From contig MU054187.1 in NCBI GenBank assembly GCA_013239625.1, positions 3,049,757 through 3,113,756 of the forward strand: a DNA stretch of 64,000 nucleotides, read 5' to 3'. A program made the translations under genes and the position numbers. This DNA is from Lama guanicoe. Lineage: Eukaryota. Below are positions 40,751 to 53,518 of the stretch, in pieces. Below the pieces are notes generated by a model that had not been told where the DNA came from, did no database searches, and saw only the letters and a program-made list of their open reading frames with translations. Position 1 is the stretch's first letter. Each line of letters opens with the position of its first letter.

Positions 40751-42984
40751 AGAAAAACCTTTAAAAACTCCATCATGTCTAAGGGTTCTGATCCACAGAG
40801 AGGAAAACAGCCCCTGCTGTCCACCCTTCTTTCTTCAGGCTCTTATCATTGGTTCTTATTGTGACCCCAACAACCTCAGCCTCCCCCACAGAATAATTCA
40901 ATCCTCCTCTTCTACGTAGCAAAGATGTCAGAATGTTCACTTTTTCGCTTCTGGTGAGTGGAATGTGGGGAGGAAAGTGGATTTACCCGAGTAGCGGGAA
41001 AGTATGAGGGACAGTGAGAAAATGCTCTTTATCTTTCTTCAAAAATTAGACAAGAGGAAGTGAGTTAAATGCATCAGAATGAGCTAGAAATGATGGAACC
41101 AAAGATTGGTGAAGAGAGATAGAATACTGGAGTTTGTCAGTAGAAAAACTCCTGACAATATTAACTGTGAATTCAACTAGCAGATGGTATTTGGAATGTC
41201 TACCTTAGGAACTTTAGAATAAGAGAGATGAGTTTTCCTGAAATGGTTTAAGTACAACCCTGTCCGATGACAGAAGCATGAGGACACCCCACCTAGTCTC
41301 TTAAACTTGCTGAGTGAGTGCCTGCTGTATGCCAGTGCTGACGTGCAAGGCTTCTCAAAAATCCCTTTCAGTCCTAAAGTTCTCCAGTTTTAGCCAGAGG
41401 GGTATCATTTTGCACCCCTCTTCCCACCAAACAGGTCATCTCTCATATTTTCAGATTGCTCTCTGTCTGTGGATTTCTACTGATTAATTGCTTTTGTGTT
41501 ATGCTTCTGATCATTAGGAAATAATTGGTAGCCTACACATGATTGCATTTATAAAATCTGGTTTATTAATCAACTCATTGTAAAGATTGAGGGAGTAAGT
41601 TTTAGCTTTGCATTCAGATCTGAGAATGTCAACGTCGTGCCTAGCTCAAGGTGGGGTATTTATTCTCTACGCTTTTCACTAGAAAATGTGCAAGTCTGTT
41701 TCCGTTGCCTAGGTAATAACACAGCTTTGCCCTGGCTTCCTGGATCCGCAGCAGTGGTTCAAAATGGACTGTGATAAACAGCAAGTTGTGGCTGGTGTAA
41801 TGTGTTACTGCAGGAAGTCTCAATTTTATCCTTTTTTTGTTTGTCTTTTGTGTTCTTTCCATTAATATCATATTATAATAAAAATAACTGGTAACTTAAA
41901 TATCATCATAGTTTCTTTTCAATGAAAATTGGAAATTTCTAAGAAGCCTTTATAGAAGAGTTTCTTCCTCTTCTAGCAGAAACTGGAATCATCCAGTGTT
42001 ATCCTAGAAGGTGTTGATTATAGTCATTCTTTTCGTGCGGTGATGTTTAAACACAATATTATTATAATTATATGCATAATGAGCTGAGTATTGATGCCAA
42101 CACACGGATTATAAACCTCTCTATTTGAATTAAAGACTGGTTCAAATGAACTAAATCATGTTAGATTGGATAGTTGAGAAGATTCATGAGTCAGAAGTTG
42201 CTTCATGAAGGCCATCGGTGGCATCACATGTGTGTGCATTTGTTGACTGTTAATCCATCAGGGATTATCTATGCAGGCATAGCTGCCTGGGGTGGTGTGT
42301 GAATACACCTGTATATGGATGAGTGTGAATTGGATACGCGGCTGGTGCACTGAAGTCTTTGGTAAGGAAAACGAATATGCAGATTTCAGAGCTCTAATGG
42401 ATGCGACCTGCCTACCTCATGTAAGAGGTAACTCATTCGCTGTGCACCTCCTGTGCTGTGATAGCTCAGGGTTGTCAATGTGGCCAAAGGAACTCAGGAG
42501 TCATTTTTTTAAGTATGTGCATGTTTGTACAAAAATATCTTGTATTTTTGTGTCATTGTTTCTCCCTCTTCAGGCTTCCTTGTCTACCATTTGCTCTCAA
42601 ATATGACACAGATCACAACAAACTTACTGAAGAGTAATATTGATGGATGATGTAGATATTTGATATTAATGCAGATTGATTGATGAACTCATTGAATACA
42701 GACCTTAAAGTAAATGGGGATTTTGAGTCTTATTAGCAGGTCTTCTATGAATGGATCCAAGTTCCTCCTGTATCTCAATATCGTAAATGTGCAATTCCAA
42801 GGAAAGGGACCAAGTCTTATTTATTGTCCCTACTCTGGCTTCCAGTGTTCTTCTAGTTCTGAGGCTTGATTGTTGAATAAGCATCTTTGTTCTCCAGATC
42901 GTGCTTTGTGAGGATTAATTAGCTGGGTTTAAAATTGTTGCTTCTTTCTCTCCATGTGTTTCATTTTGGTCCTGGTCTCTTCAG

Positions 42985-45215
42985 TAGGGGCATCTCATTG
43001 TGGTTTTAATTTGCATTTCCTAGATGAGTAAAAATATTGAGAATTTTTCCATATGCTTATTTGCCACACATAATTATTTTTTTGGTGAAGTGTCTACTCA
43101 GATCTTTTTCCCATTTTTATCAACTGTCTTCTGATTGTTCAAGTTCAAGAGTTCTTTGTATATTTTGGAAAGGAGGTCTTTATCAGATACATGATTTGCA
43201 AATATTTTCTTCTTGTATGTGGCTTGTCTTTTGATTCTCTTAACAGTCTGTTTCACAGAGCAAAAACTTACTGAATTTTGATAAAGTCCAAATTATCATC
43301 TTATTATTTTATGGATTTATGCTTTTGGTGTATTTCTAAAACTGAAAAAGTGAAGATCACAGATTTTCTTCCAGAAGTTTTAGAGTTTTATGTTTTTCAT
43401 TTCATTTCATTTTCAAATATTGAGTTAATGTTTGTATAAGGTATGAGGTAAGCACTGAAGTTTAATTTTTGCATATGGATGTCTAATTTTTCCATTGGTT
43501 GAAAAGATTTTTCTTTTTCATTGAATTTCTTTTACACCTTTGTCAAAAATCAATTCACTGTATTTGTGTACATCCGTTTCTGGGCTCTGTTTTCTGTTCC
43601 ATAGATCTGTGTGTCTGTGATTTCACTAATAACACATGCACACAGTTTTAGTTACTGTACATTTGTAGGAAGTTATTCAATAGTGTAATGTGAGTCCTTC
43701 AAGTTTGTTCTTCCTTTTAAATGTTGGTTTGGTTACTCCAGGTCCTTTGCCTTTCATATACATTTCAGAATCAGCTTGTCAGTATCTACTAAAGAAAAAA
43801 AAACTTGATGCAATTTTGATTGGGGTTGTGTACAATCTGTAGATCAATTGGGAATGAAATTGAGATGTTAACCGCATAGAGTCTCCCAGCCCAGAAATAT
43901 GATATCTTTCTCCATTTATTCAAGACTTAAAATTTTTTAATGTGCATTTTATAGTTTTCAGCATAAAATTCCTGAACACAGTTTCTTCTCACATGTGCTT
44001 GCTTACTTCTGTGCTCACTTTTTGTTGCTATTGTGGATGGTGGTGTTTTGTTTTGTTTTTGTTTTGGGGTGTGTGTGTTTTTGTCCAATCGCTGAATGCT
44101 GGCATTTGGAAACACATTGCCCTTATATCCTGCGAACTTGCTAAACCCACTTTTTAGCTGTAAGTCAGTGGAGCTAGATTCTTTTGTGAAAGATTTTAAT
44201 TATAATCCCATCTCTTTAATAGAAGTAGGATTCTTCATATTGTCTGTTTCTTCTTGAATGACTTTTGGTCATTTGTATCCTTCAGGAATTTATGATTTTA
44301 CCTAAGTTGTCCAGTTTAAGAGGATAGAGTTGTTCATAGTATCCAGTGATCCTTTACTGCCTACAGGGTCAATACTGATCTCTCCTATTTTATTCTCAAT
44401 ATTGATCATTTGGATTTTTGTCTTTTTTTCTTAGCCAGTCTGATCAGAGTTCAATCAATTCTATCTAAAACTAGCTTTTGATTTTATGCATTTTCTTATA
44501 ATTTTTCTATTTTCAATTTCATTTATTTCTGCTGTAATGTTCGTTATTGCCTCTCTTCTGCTTGCTTTGGGTTTAAATTGATCTTTTTCTTCTAGTTTTT
44601 TCTAGTGGAAACTTAAGTTAAATATTTGAGACCTTTCTCCTTTTTTATTGTAAGCATTAGTGCTATGAACTGACCTCCAAGTGCTGCTTTAGCTGTGCTC
44701 CACAATTTTTTATATGATGTATTTTCATTTTCATTCAAAATCCTTAAAATTTTCCTGATAGTTCCTCTTTGATTCATGGGTTATTAACAAGCATGCTGTT
44801 TAATTTCTAACTGTTTGGACATTTTCCTTCTATCTTCTGGTTACTGATTTAGAGTGTAACCCCATTATGATCTGAGCACATACTTTATGTGGTTTCTAGT
44901 GCTCTACATTAGTCAAGGTTTGTTCTATGCCCCAGAATACGGTCTGTTATGGTGAGTGCTCCTGGGCACTTAAGAAGAATGTCTACCATGCAGTTGTCGG
45001 ATAGGATGTTCTATAAATGTTAACCAAGTCGGCTGGCAGGCAGTGCTGTTCTGTTCACCTACACCTCTGCTTACTTTCTGCTGACTTGTTCTGTCAGTTA
45101 CTGCAGTCTCTGACAACAGTTATGGATTGGTCTCTCTCTCTTTAATTCTATTAGTTTTGCCTTGTGTGATTTGAAATCTCTGCTAGGTGTGTGCACATTT
45201 AGGATAGTTACTCTT
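42985..45215 (-). mobile_element. Old, degenerate L1 ORF2 region
   Basis: catctcattgtggttttaatttgcatttcc...ttttgattggggttgtgtacaatctgtagatcaattggg...tgctgctttagctgtgctccacaa; long T-rich antisense L1 with no intact ORF. Confidence 0.85.
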
Positions 45216-47371
45216 CCTCCCTCCTCCCACCCCCACCCGAGTCAGCTCCATCAAGGGAACTTTCCCCAGATTCCCATCCCACCTGCCTGAGTGCCTGCTA
45301 GGGCTTGTGGGGAAGAATCCTACAAGGAATGTGAGTCCCCCTATTTGGCATCCCCAAGGGTTCCCCCCCTTTCCCCACCTCGATAACCTACATTTAACCT
45401 TCAGCAGTTCATTAAAAACATTTTTAGCTGAACCTTCTTACCAGTTTATACAAGGTGTTCAGCAGTGTTTCCTCCAAGCACTTAAATGCTTGGGTGCTGC
45501 TGCTCTCTGCAGATGCCTTTCTTTCCCCAGATTTCACCTCGGTTGGTTGCTCTTCACCCTGATTTCTCATGGGCTTAAGAAAAGTTGTTAATTTGCTATT
45601 TGTTCAGCATTTTCCTTGTTGTAAGAGTGGAAGCGGCACTCTCCACACTTCCAAGGGGAAACCAGATGCGTCACAAGGTATTTCCGAGAACTGGACTTCT
45701 CTGCTTCTGCTGTTGCCCGCACGTCGCTGATAGCGCTTTGTGCTGCTCTGCTCTTCGGCCTCTCTTGTGCGTAGGAATCGTGGGCCCCTGAAGCTCTCGG
45801 CTGCAGAGTATTGCTTCTGTCTTTCTGGGCACCTGCGAACACTGCCTTTCCACACTGGGAATTGTGTCTGTGTTTACGGTTCTCTTTCCTAGTCATGTGT
45901 GTCTGTTCTGTGTGTCTGTACAATTACACTGGTGCTTCTTTTTGGAAAATAAAAACGACTTTTAAATCTCTGAGCTGTGTCAGACATCACTGTTGAGTAC
46001 GTGTTAAATAGAGGTGGTGGTGACCTCAGTGATGTCTGTGGTGCTTACCACTCACCTGAGCAGTCTTCAGGGCAGTATTTCTCCAGCATTAACATCAGCT
46101 CTCCTGTCTTCTAATCAGGATATGTGTCGTGTTTAGATAACAAAAATCTCCTCAGCAGTATTTCTATTTTCCCCTTTTTTAGGGACAAACCGTTATTACA
46201 AACAGCATAGTAATTTAAAACTGAAGAATTACCTAACTCCAAAAAGCTGTGACTCTCAATATTTTAATATTCAGTAATGAATACCAATCATTAATTATAG
46301 CTTATCTAATCTTATATAATTCGAAATTTAATTTAAAATGGTAAAAAAAAAAGCAAACCCACAAACAATAGTTTTTGCATATGAGCTGATCTGAGACATT
46401 GTGTTGTTAAGCAGTGACACAAAGCAGATTTATTTTTTAACAGCTTAGCTTGATGAAAAAGGGTCAGAGAAATATGGGGATTCTGTTTTTACTGCTTGAG
46501 GCAGTCTCATTTGCAAACCCCTTTCAAACCAAGCCCATCTCTCACTATGTAAAGAAGTTTGAGAAGCTTTTTCCCGTATTGATATGTTTGAGTTTGAAAC
46601 CCCACTTCTGCCTAGTGGCAGTGAGGCGATAATTCCCTGGGAAAGGTCACCTTCTGCTCTTTATTCTTCCTGTAACTTCTTTATGCATCCAGTCTACACA
46701 CATTTCCTTTCACGAAGCTATTTTTCGTATCCTCTGGGTGGACACAAACAGCAAATAGCAACAGTTTGAATTCCTTTTAATAACAGTAAGATGATTTAGA
46801 AGGTAATGAGCACCTTTGCTGGCATACGTGTTGGTATGAGATTTAGAGTGATTGGTGGAAAACAGCTGTAACAATCTAAGTGTTATTTGGAATTTCAGCG
46901 CTCTAGACTCTTAAGGGCTTGCCATCACTGTCTCTGGTTAGATGAAAAAATGCCTAGTTAAAATAGTTGGTTCTCGTGAGAGAATGACAGGTACCGTGGC
47001 TGTCGCTGAACCAACATTATTTTGATGGACAGTAGCGGTTCCCCAGAAGAGAATGCAGGAGCCTGATTCCAATTCCATTTAGGGAGGCCGAGTGACGGCT
47101 AACTGCCTTGCCATCTTTGCCTACCCAAGCCCTTCACATCGCCAAGTCAGGCTCAGTTCTTGTGAACGAGAGCTCTGTAGGCTCAGAAAAAGCCAATGAA
47201 GTTGTTAATGGAACAAAGCATGATGTTGATCATCAAAAATGGTTAGTAGTTACCAAAATCTTTATATTTCTTTCGGAAATGCTTCAGAGCTACATCAAAA
47301 GGGTCTCTCTAAAGTTCCAGACATTCAGTTTACCCCAAAGGGTGTGATAAAAGCAAACTGCAAACTCAGTA

Positions 47372-47607
47372 CAGTTGACCCTTGAATAACATGGGTTTGA
47401 GCTTCGGTATAAGTGGGTCTACTTATATGCAGGGTTTTTTCAGTAGTAAATATCTCAGCATACAATCTGCAGTTGGTTGACACCCTGGATGCAAGACTGT
47501 GGATACAGAGGAGCTGTGAATACAGAAGGCCAAGTATAACTTACACTCAGATTTTCGACTACATGAGGATCAACCCCCTTAGCCCCTCATTGTTCAAGGG
47601 TCAACTG
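47372..47607. mobile_element. Tigger2-family non-autonomous DNA transposon
   Basis: Terminal inverted repeats cagttgacccttgaataac ... ttgttcaagggtcaactg; TA on the left flank. Confidence 0.85.
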
Positions 47608-48129
47608 CAACCCAATTTTCCCATCCTTGCTGCCAATGGACTGTTTCACCTCTCAGAAAAATGCAGCAGATCAGAACACGCACGAGCTCCACCTTCATAA
47701 CATAATCGCTTATTTGTGCTTACATGAACCCCATTTATGTTAACGAGGTGCTTAATTAAGCCAAAGCAATGACAATATCAGTAAGAATTTAAAAACAAGA
47801 TTTGGCTTTAAAAACCCCAGTTGGGGTGATCCATCTGAGATAATCTGCAGTGACTCGTTTTATACAGAGCATACACTTTTTTCACCCTCAGATATGCTTC
47901 AGGATATATCCTGCTTTTCTTGAAGGAAATTATGCTCCCTAGATTAAAATAATATAGTAATGAAATAATAGACCGTTATATTTGTAATCAGTAATTATGT
48001 AGTCATAAGTGGCCAGTATCTGGGGAACAAGCAATTAGATGAGCTACGATTACTAAAGAAGTAATTATGATGAAAGATAAACCCTCTTAGCTGTGCTTTT
48101 TTTTTCTCTCTCTGAAGACTGTCACTTAC

Positions 48130-48167
48130 GTAACTGTCCCTAATCCGCAGAGAATGTTTGTTTCCAT
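48130..48167 (-). CDS. Candidate internal coding exon, 38 nt ((D)GNKHSLRIRDSY)
   Basis: Acceptor cattcccgtag|AT; donor TAC|gtaagt; phase 1 in and phase 0 out, compatible with both neighbouring candidate exons. Confidence 0.5.
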
Positions 48168-48447
48168 CTACGGGAATGTATGTCTGCCACGCACAATTTA
48201 ACGAAGGAACACGTGGCATTCGTGAATTTGAGATTCTCAGTTTCACCCTAGAGACCAGCTGTGCGAAGGACGGTGGCTCACCTGAGCTGCTCCACAGCAC
48301 GGATCTGAATCCTTGGCTGCAGTGCTTCTGTGCAGGAACCTAGACGGCCACCCCCATGTCAAGACACTCAGGGTCTCTTGTCTAGTGGGAGACGACAGAA
48401 AGACAAAAACGCCTGCTATTGATAGCAGGGAACTCGGGAAACAGAGT

Positions 48448-48772
48448 TGCTGTGGTCTGAACGTTTGTGCCCCCCTCAACTTCAGATGTTAAAGTTCGAA
48501 GCCCCAAAGGTGCTGGTACTGGTAGGTGGGGCTTTGGGAGATGCTGAAGTAGGGAGGGGGGAGCCCTTATGAATGGGATTAGTGCCCTTGTAAAACGCAG
48601 TTTCCAGGGCGCTCCCCAGCCCCTCGGACTGCATGAGGACACGGTGGGAAGCCTGCCTGCGACTCCCGACCTCAGGCTTCCCGCTCCCAGAAGTGCGAGA
48701 AATGGGCTTCTGCTCTTTATAAACTACCCAGCTTGTGGTATTTGTGTCATGGCGGCCAGAATGGACAGGGCC
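48448..48772 (+). mobile_element. MLT1A-like (MaLR) solo LTR
   Basis: tgctgtggtctgaacgtttgtgcccccc...ggtggggctttgggag...atgaatgggattagtgcccttgtaaaa...tttataaactacccagcttgtggtatttgtg. Confidence 0.85.
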
Positions 48773-49581
48773 GTAGTAGACACACGGGGAAGAACTAAGC
48801 AGCAGGAGGAGATCCCTAACAGGAGGTTTCTGACCGAGTTTAAGGATTCTCAGAGTTCTCAGAGCATGAGCCCGTGAATATTAAGGGGTCTTCTGAGACC
48901 TTGTTAGACGTGTGAATGGAGCAGAGTTTTCTTTTCCCAGGAATCTGACTTTCTAGGCCATCACGGTCTTATTTGAGCTGATACAACGTGACAGAAGAAT
49001 TTTTCTTCAGAGAAAATGGCATTTAAAAAAAAAAGTTCTGTTTCATGAAAACATGTACACTTCAGGTAGACCTCGAGGCTGCTTTTTCTGCCTGTCTCTG
49101 TCTGGGGACGCCGTATGCCTCTCAGCTCCTGGGTGGTTCTGTGTGTTTGTTCATCCCACGGTAGGCACAGAGGGGTGGGGAGAGAGAGCGTGCCGCCAGA
49201 CCCCATGGATTCCACATCCACCTGGAACAGACTGGCTTTGATCTGGGCCTTGTGATACAGCTGTCTGCCGGGCCGTGTTTGTGAACGGAGCCCAAGAAGG
49301 TGTGCACTGTGTGGCAGTCTGTGCATCTGCCTTTCCGCGAGGGCGTGGGGGCAGGAGCGGGCTGGAAGGCCTGCCCTCGCAGCAAGGGGCGCTGTCAAGC
49401 ATCTTTCTCACCAGGTAGAATTCCCTGTGCCCGGTGATACAGGGGAAATAATTACCGGGCTTTGAAGGCTTGTAGTAAGGGGAGAGCCCTTGCCAGTGGC
49501 CACAGCTCCATGATGAAGAAAGTAAATACTTCTTTTCAAAAGGTATGAGACAGGAAAAGCCGCCTTTGTTTAATTCAACAA

Positions 49582-49766
49582 ATCTTTATCGCAGTGTTTC
49601 CGAGATTCTCCCTAATCTCACCCCGGGGAACTGTCTGCAAATCCAGATTCCTGGGCCTGCTTGTGAACTAGTGAGTCAGAGGGCCGGGGAGGTGGGCCTC
49701 TGGGGTCACATTTTTAAGAAGGACTCAGCGGACTCCCATGGTCATTAAAGTTTAGGAGACACAGCT
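49582..49766. mobile_element. MER5-like hAT DNA transposon remnant
   Basis: cagtgtttcc...aaatccagattcctgggcc...catttttaagaagg...taaagtttaggagacacagct. Confidence 0.55.
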
Positions 49767-49804
49767 ATGCATGCTTAGATAAACGTAAGAGAATAAAAGT
49801 GTGT

Positions 49805-50182
49805 AATAATATGGATGGAGCTGGAGATGATCATGTAAGTGACTCAGCAGAGAAAGGCAAATATCATAGGATATCACTTATGTGTAGAATCTAAAAAATT
49901 GGCCCAAATGAATTGACTTACGAAACACAAACAGACTCACAGACAGAAAGCAAACATGGTTATCAGTGTGCAAGGTGGGGGAGGGACAAATTAGGAGTTT
50001 GGGATCTGCAGATACACACAACTATATACAGCAAGGTCCTGCTGCAGAGCACAGGGAGCTATATTCAATATTTTGTAATGAACTGTAATGGAAAAGAATC
50101 TTTCCGTATACACACGTGTAGTTGCATCCCTATGCTGGACACCAGAAACTCACACAATGTTGTAAAGCAACTACAATAAAAA
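49805..50182 (+). mobile_element. L1 3' end fragment
   Basis: atggatggagctggagatgatcat...aaattaggagtttgggatctgcagatacac...caccagaaactcacacaatgttgtaaagcaactacaataaaaa. Confidence 0.85.
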
Positions 50183-50468
50183 GGCATAATAATTTTTGAA
50201 AAATCACGTGTGACATGCTGAAACTGGATAGATCTTCAGATATTTTTGAAGTTGGTTGTGTTCTGGATCCATGGCAAAAAGAGCCGAGTGCCGGAACCCA
50301 GACGGGCTTTGCTTTACGGAAACGCACATGTGACACGCAGTCTCGGCGAATCTGAGAACGCGTGTTTTGGAAGATGCTGAAGACGGGGCTCTTTCAGTCT
50401 TTCAAACAACACGAAACAGGAGCAATCTTTCCCTCTCTCTGCCAGTACTTCATCTTAGATAGACTCAC

Positions 50469-50516
50469 CGATAACGTCAGCCCTTCTGTTTGTCGGCAAA
50501 GGGCTGCCACTGTTCA
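50469..50516 (-). CDS. Candidate internal coding exon, 48 nt (xNSGSPLPTNRRADVI)
   Basis: Strong acceptor ccccgtcctctcaatttcag|TG; strong donor ATCG|gtgagt; open frame, phase 1 in and out. Confidence 0.55.
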
Positions 50517-51685
50517 CTGAAATTGAGAGGACGGGGCTTTGGGGCCGAAAGCCACTGCTACCTAAACGTCCGGCCCTGAGGAAGCCCCGTGGAACCAGAA
50601 TGAGGAGGGCTTCCCGGGCCTTCCTGAAGATCTGTGACCGAGTTCGCCTTCGTCGCTGGCTCTGTGGGAAGAACCCTCCTGCGCTTTGCAGCCGGGGTGG
50701 AGAGGCGGGCTGCCACGGCGTCTGTCTGCATCCTGCCCTGTGCGCCCCCCGGAGGCTTCCAGACGCCCAGCCTCTGTGAAGACCTCCACCCGCTCCCTCC
50801 GCGGCCCCAGGCTGCGGGCTCCGCCACCTGCTGGGACCGCGCCTCCCCGCCCCCACGTCCTGCGAGCGTCCTGGGACGCAGCTCGCAGGCAGGACGGTGT
50901 AGTGGCCAGCTGCCTACAGCTGGTGTTCGTTCCGGGTATACGTCCTGACTTAGCCGCTCAGGCTTTACGTAAAGCCAGATCTCTGCCGTGAGACCTTTAG
51001 CCCCTCAACTGCTAGGACCCCCCTGTCCCCGAAGAGCGTGACCTGCTCTCTGCGCGTCCTCCTCTTTCCATGAGCGTCTGTTACAAGGGTCCAATGAGCA
51101 CAGCTTAGTGTCCAAGTTAACGGTTACCAGTAAGTCATTCAAGCATTATGTAAACACACACTGTGACACGTAGGGTGAGGCCACGGTTCCAGTTACAGAT
51201 GTTTTTTAAATATAACTCTTGCAAAGCTCCTTAACGCCTTTGTTGAAATCCCTGTGCTATCCATTCCGCCAAGAATTATGGTCCGAAGTGATTTGTAACA
51301 TAAACTCTCTAAGTTAGGTGTTTTTTTTTTATCAAAATATTAAAAAATGGTGACTTGAGTGTTTATATGTCAAAATTTGGGTAATTTCAAGTGATTTGTA
51401 GTTTGATTAGTTGTTTAAAATGATCAATGTATACTTTATTTATCTAAATTTTATGTATTTGCTTTTATGCATTTAGGCACAAAAAGGAAAATCCAAGTCT
51501 GTCCCACTGGATCCAACTTAGTCTGAAAAATAGAGCCACGTACATAACTGCGGACTCTGGGTTACTGAGGCAGGCTATGGGGCGGAATGCTAGGTTTTTC
51601 TGCTATCGGTTATATAACAACGTAATAGCAGAATCATGCAAGTACATTGAACAAAAGTGAACTCTCAGGGATTGCTCTGCTCAAC

Positions 51686-53518
51686 TTTTTTCTTTACATT
51701 TTTTGTTGAGTTATAGTCATTTTACAATGTTGTGTCAAATTCCAGTGTAGAGCACAATTTTTCACTTATACGTGAATATACATATATTCATTGTCACATT
51801 TTTTTCCGCTGTGAGCTACAATAAGATCTTGTATATATTTCCCTGTGCTATACAGTACAATCTTGTTTATCTATTCTACATTTTGAAATCCCAGTCTTTC
51901 CCACCCCCCCCCGCCCCCTTGGCAACTACAAGTTTGTATTCTATGTCTATGAGTCTGTTTTTTTTTAATTCCACAATGAGCAATCTCATATGGTATTTTC
52001 CTTTCTCTTTCTGGCCTACTTCACTTAGAATGACATCCTCCAGGAGCATCCATGTTGCTGCAAATGGCATTATGTTGTCAGTTTTTATGGCTAAGAAGTA
52101 CTTCATTGTATAAATATACCACATCTTCTTTATCCAGTCATCTGTTGATGGACATTTAGGCTCTTTCCATGTCTTGGCTATTGTAAATAATGCTGCTATG
52201 AACATTGGGGTGCACGTGTCATCCTGAAGTACGGTTCCTTCTGGATATATGCCCAGGAGCAGTATTCCTGGGTCACATGGTAAGTCTATTCCTAGTCTTT
52301 TGAGGAATCTCCATACTGTTTTCCACAGTGGCTGCACCAAACTGTATTCCCACCAGCAGTGTAGGAGGCTTCCCTTTTCTCCACAGCCTTTCCAGCATTT
52401 GTCATTTGTGGACTTTTGAATGACGGCCATTCTGGCTGGGGTGAGGTGATACTTCATTATACATTTTGATTTGCATTTCTGGTAATTAGTGATATAGAGC
52501 ATTTTTTCGTGTGCCTATTGATCATTTGTGTTTCTTCCTTGGAGAATTGCTTGTTTAGGTCTTCTGCCCATTTTTGGATTGGGTTGTTTGGTTGTTTCTT
52601 ATTAAGTCGTATGAGCTCCTTATATATTCTGGAGATCAAGCCTTTGTGGTTTCATCGTTTGCAAAAATTTTCTCCCATTCCATAGGTTGTCGTTTTGTTT
52701 TACTTACAGTTTCTTTTGCTGTGCAGAAGCTTGTAAGTTTCATTAGGTCCCATTTGTTTATTCGTGCTTTTATTTCTATTGCTTGGGTAGACTGCCCTAG
52801 GAGAGCATTTTTGAGATGTATGTCAGAGAGTTTTGCCTTAATTTTCTTCTAGGAGCTTTATTGTGTCTTGTCTTATGCATAAGTCTTTGATTCATTTTGA
52901 GTTTATTTTTGTGTATGGTGTAAGGGAGTGTTCTAGCTTCATTGCTTTACATGCTGCTGTCCAGTTTTCCCAACACCATTTGCTGAAGAGACTGTCTTTA
53001 TTCCATTGTATATTCTTGCCTCCTTTGTCAAAGATGAGTTGACCAGAAGTTTGTGGGTTCATTTCTGGGCTCTCTGTTCTGTTCCATTGGTCNNNNNNNN
53101 NNNNNNNNNNNNNNNNNNNNNNNNNNNNNNGACAGTAGCTGTATTGTCTGAAGTCTGGGAGAGTTATTCCTCCAGCCTCTTTCTTTCTCTTCGGTAATGC
53201 TTTGGCAATTCTAGGTCTCTGATGGTTCCATATAAATTTTATTATGATTTGTTCTAGTTCTGTGAAATATGTCCTGGATAACTTGATAGGGATTGCATTA
53301 AATATGTAGATTGCTTTGGGCAGCCTGACTGTTTTAACAACATTGATTCTTCCATTCCAGAAGTGTGGGATATCTTTCCATTTTTTAAAGTCTTCTTTAA
53401 CTTCCTTCATCAGTGGTTTATAGTTTCCTGTGTGTAAGTCTTTCACCTCCTTGGTTAGATTTACTCCTAGGTATTTTATTACTTTGGGTGCTATTTTAAA
53501 GGGGATTGTTTCTTTACT
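51686..53518 (-). mobile_element. Youngest L1 in the window: 3' part of ORF2 + 3' UTR, 5'-truncated and frameshifted
   Basis: ORFs 52892-53446, 52457-52639 and 51876-52502 translate to L1 ORF2 ([54 protein letters not shown]); T-tail at left. Confidence 0.96.
53093..53130. other. Assembly gap (38 N) inside the L1
   Basis: Run of n. Confidence 0.99.

Noticed and set aside
46055..46110. Minus-strand segment with a perfect CAG|gtgagt donor
   Set aside because: Poor acceptor, and inclusion would put the terminal exon out of frame with an immediate stop.
51876..53446. L1 ORF2 ORFs as an active element or host gene
   Set aside because: 5'-truncated, split across frames, and lacking ORF1 and the endonuclease region.
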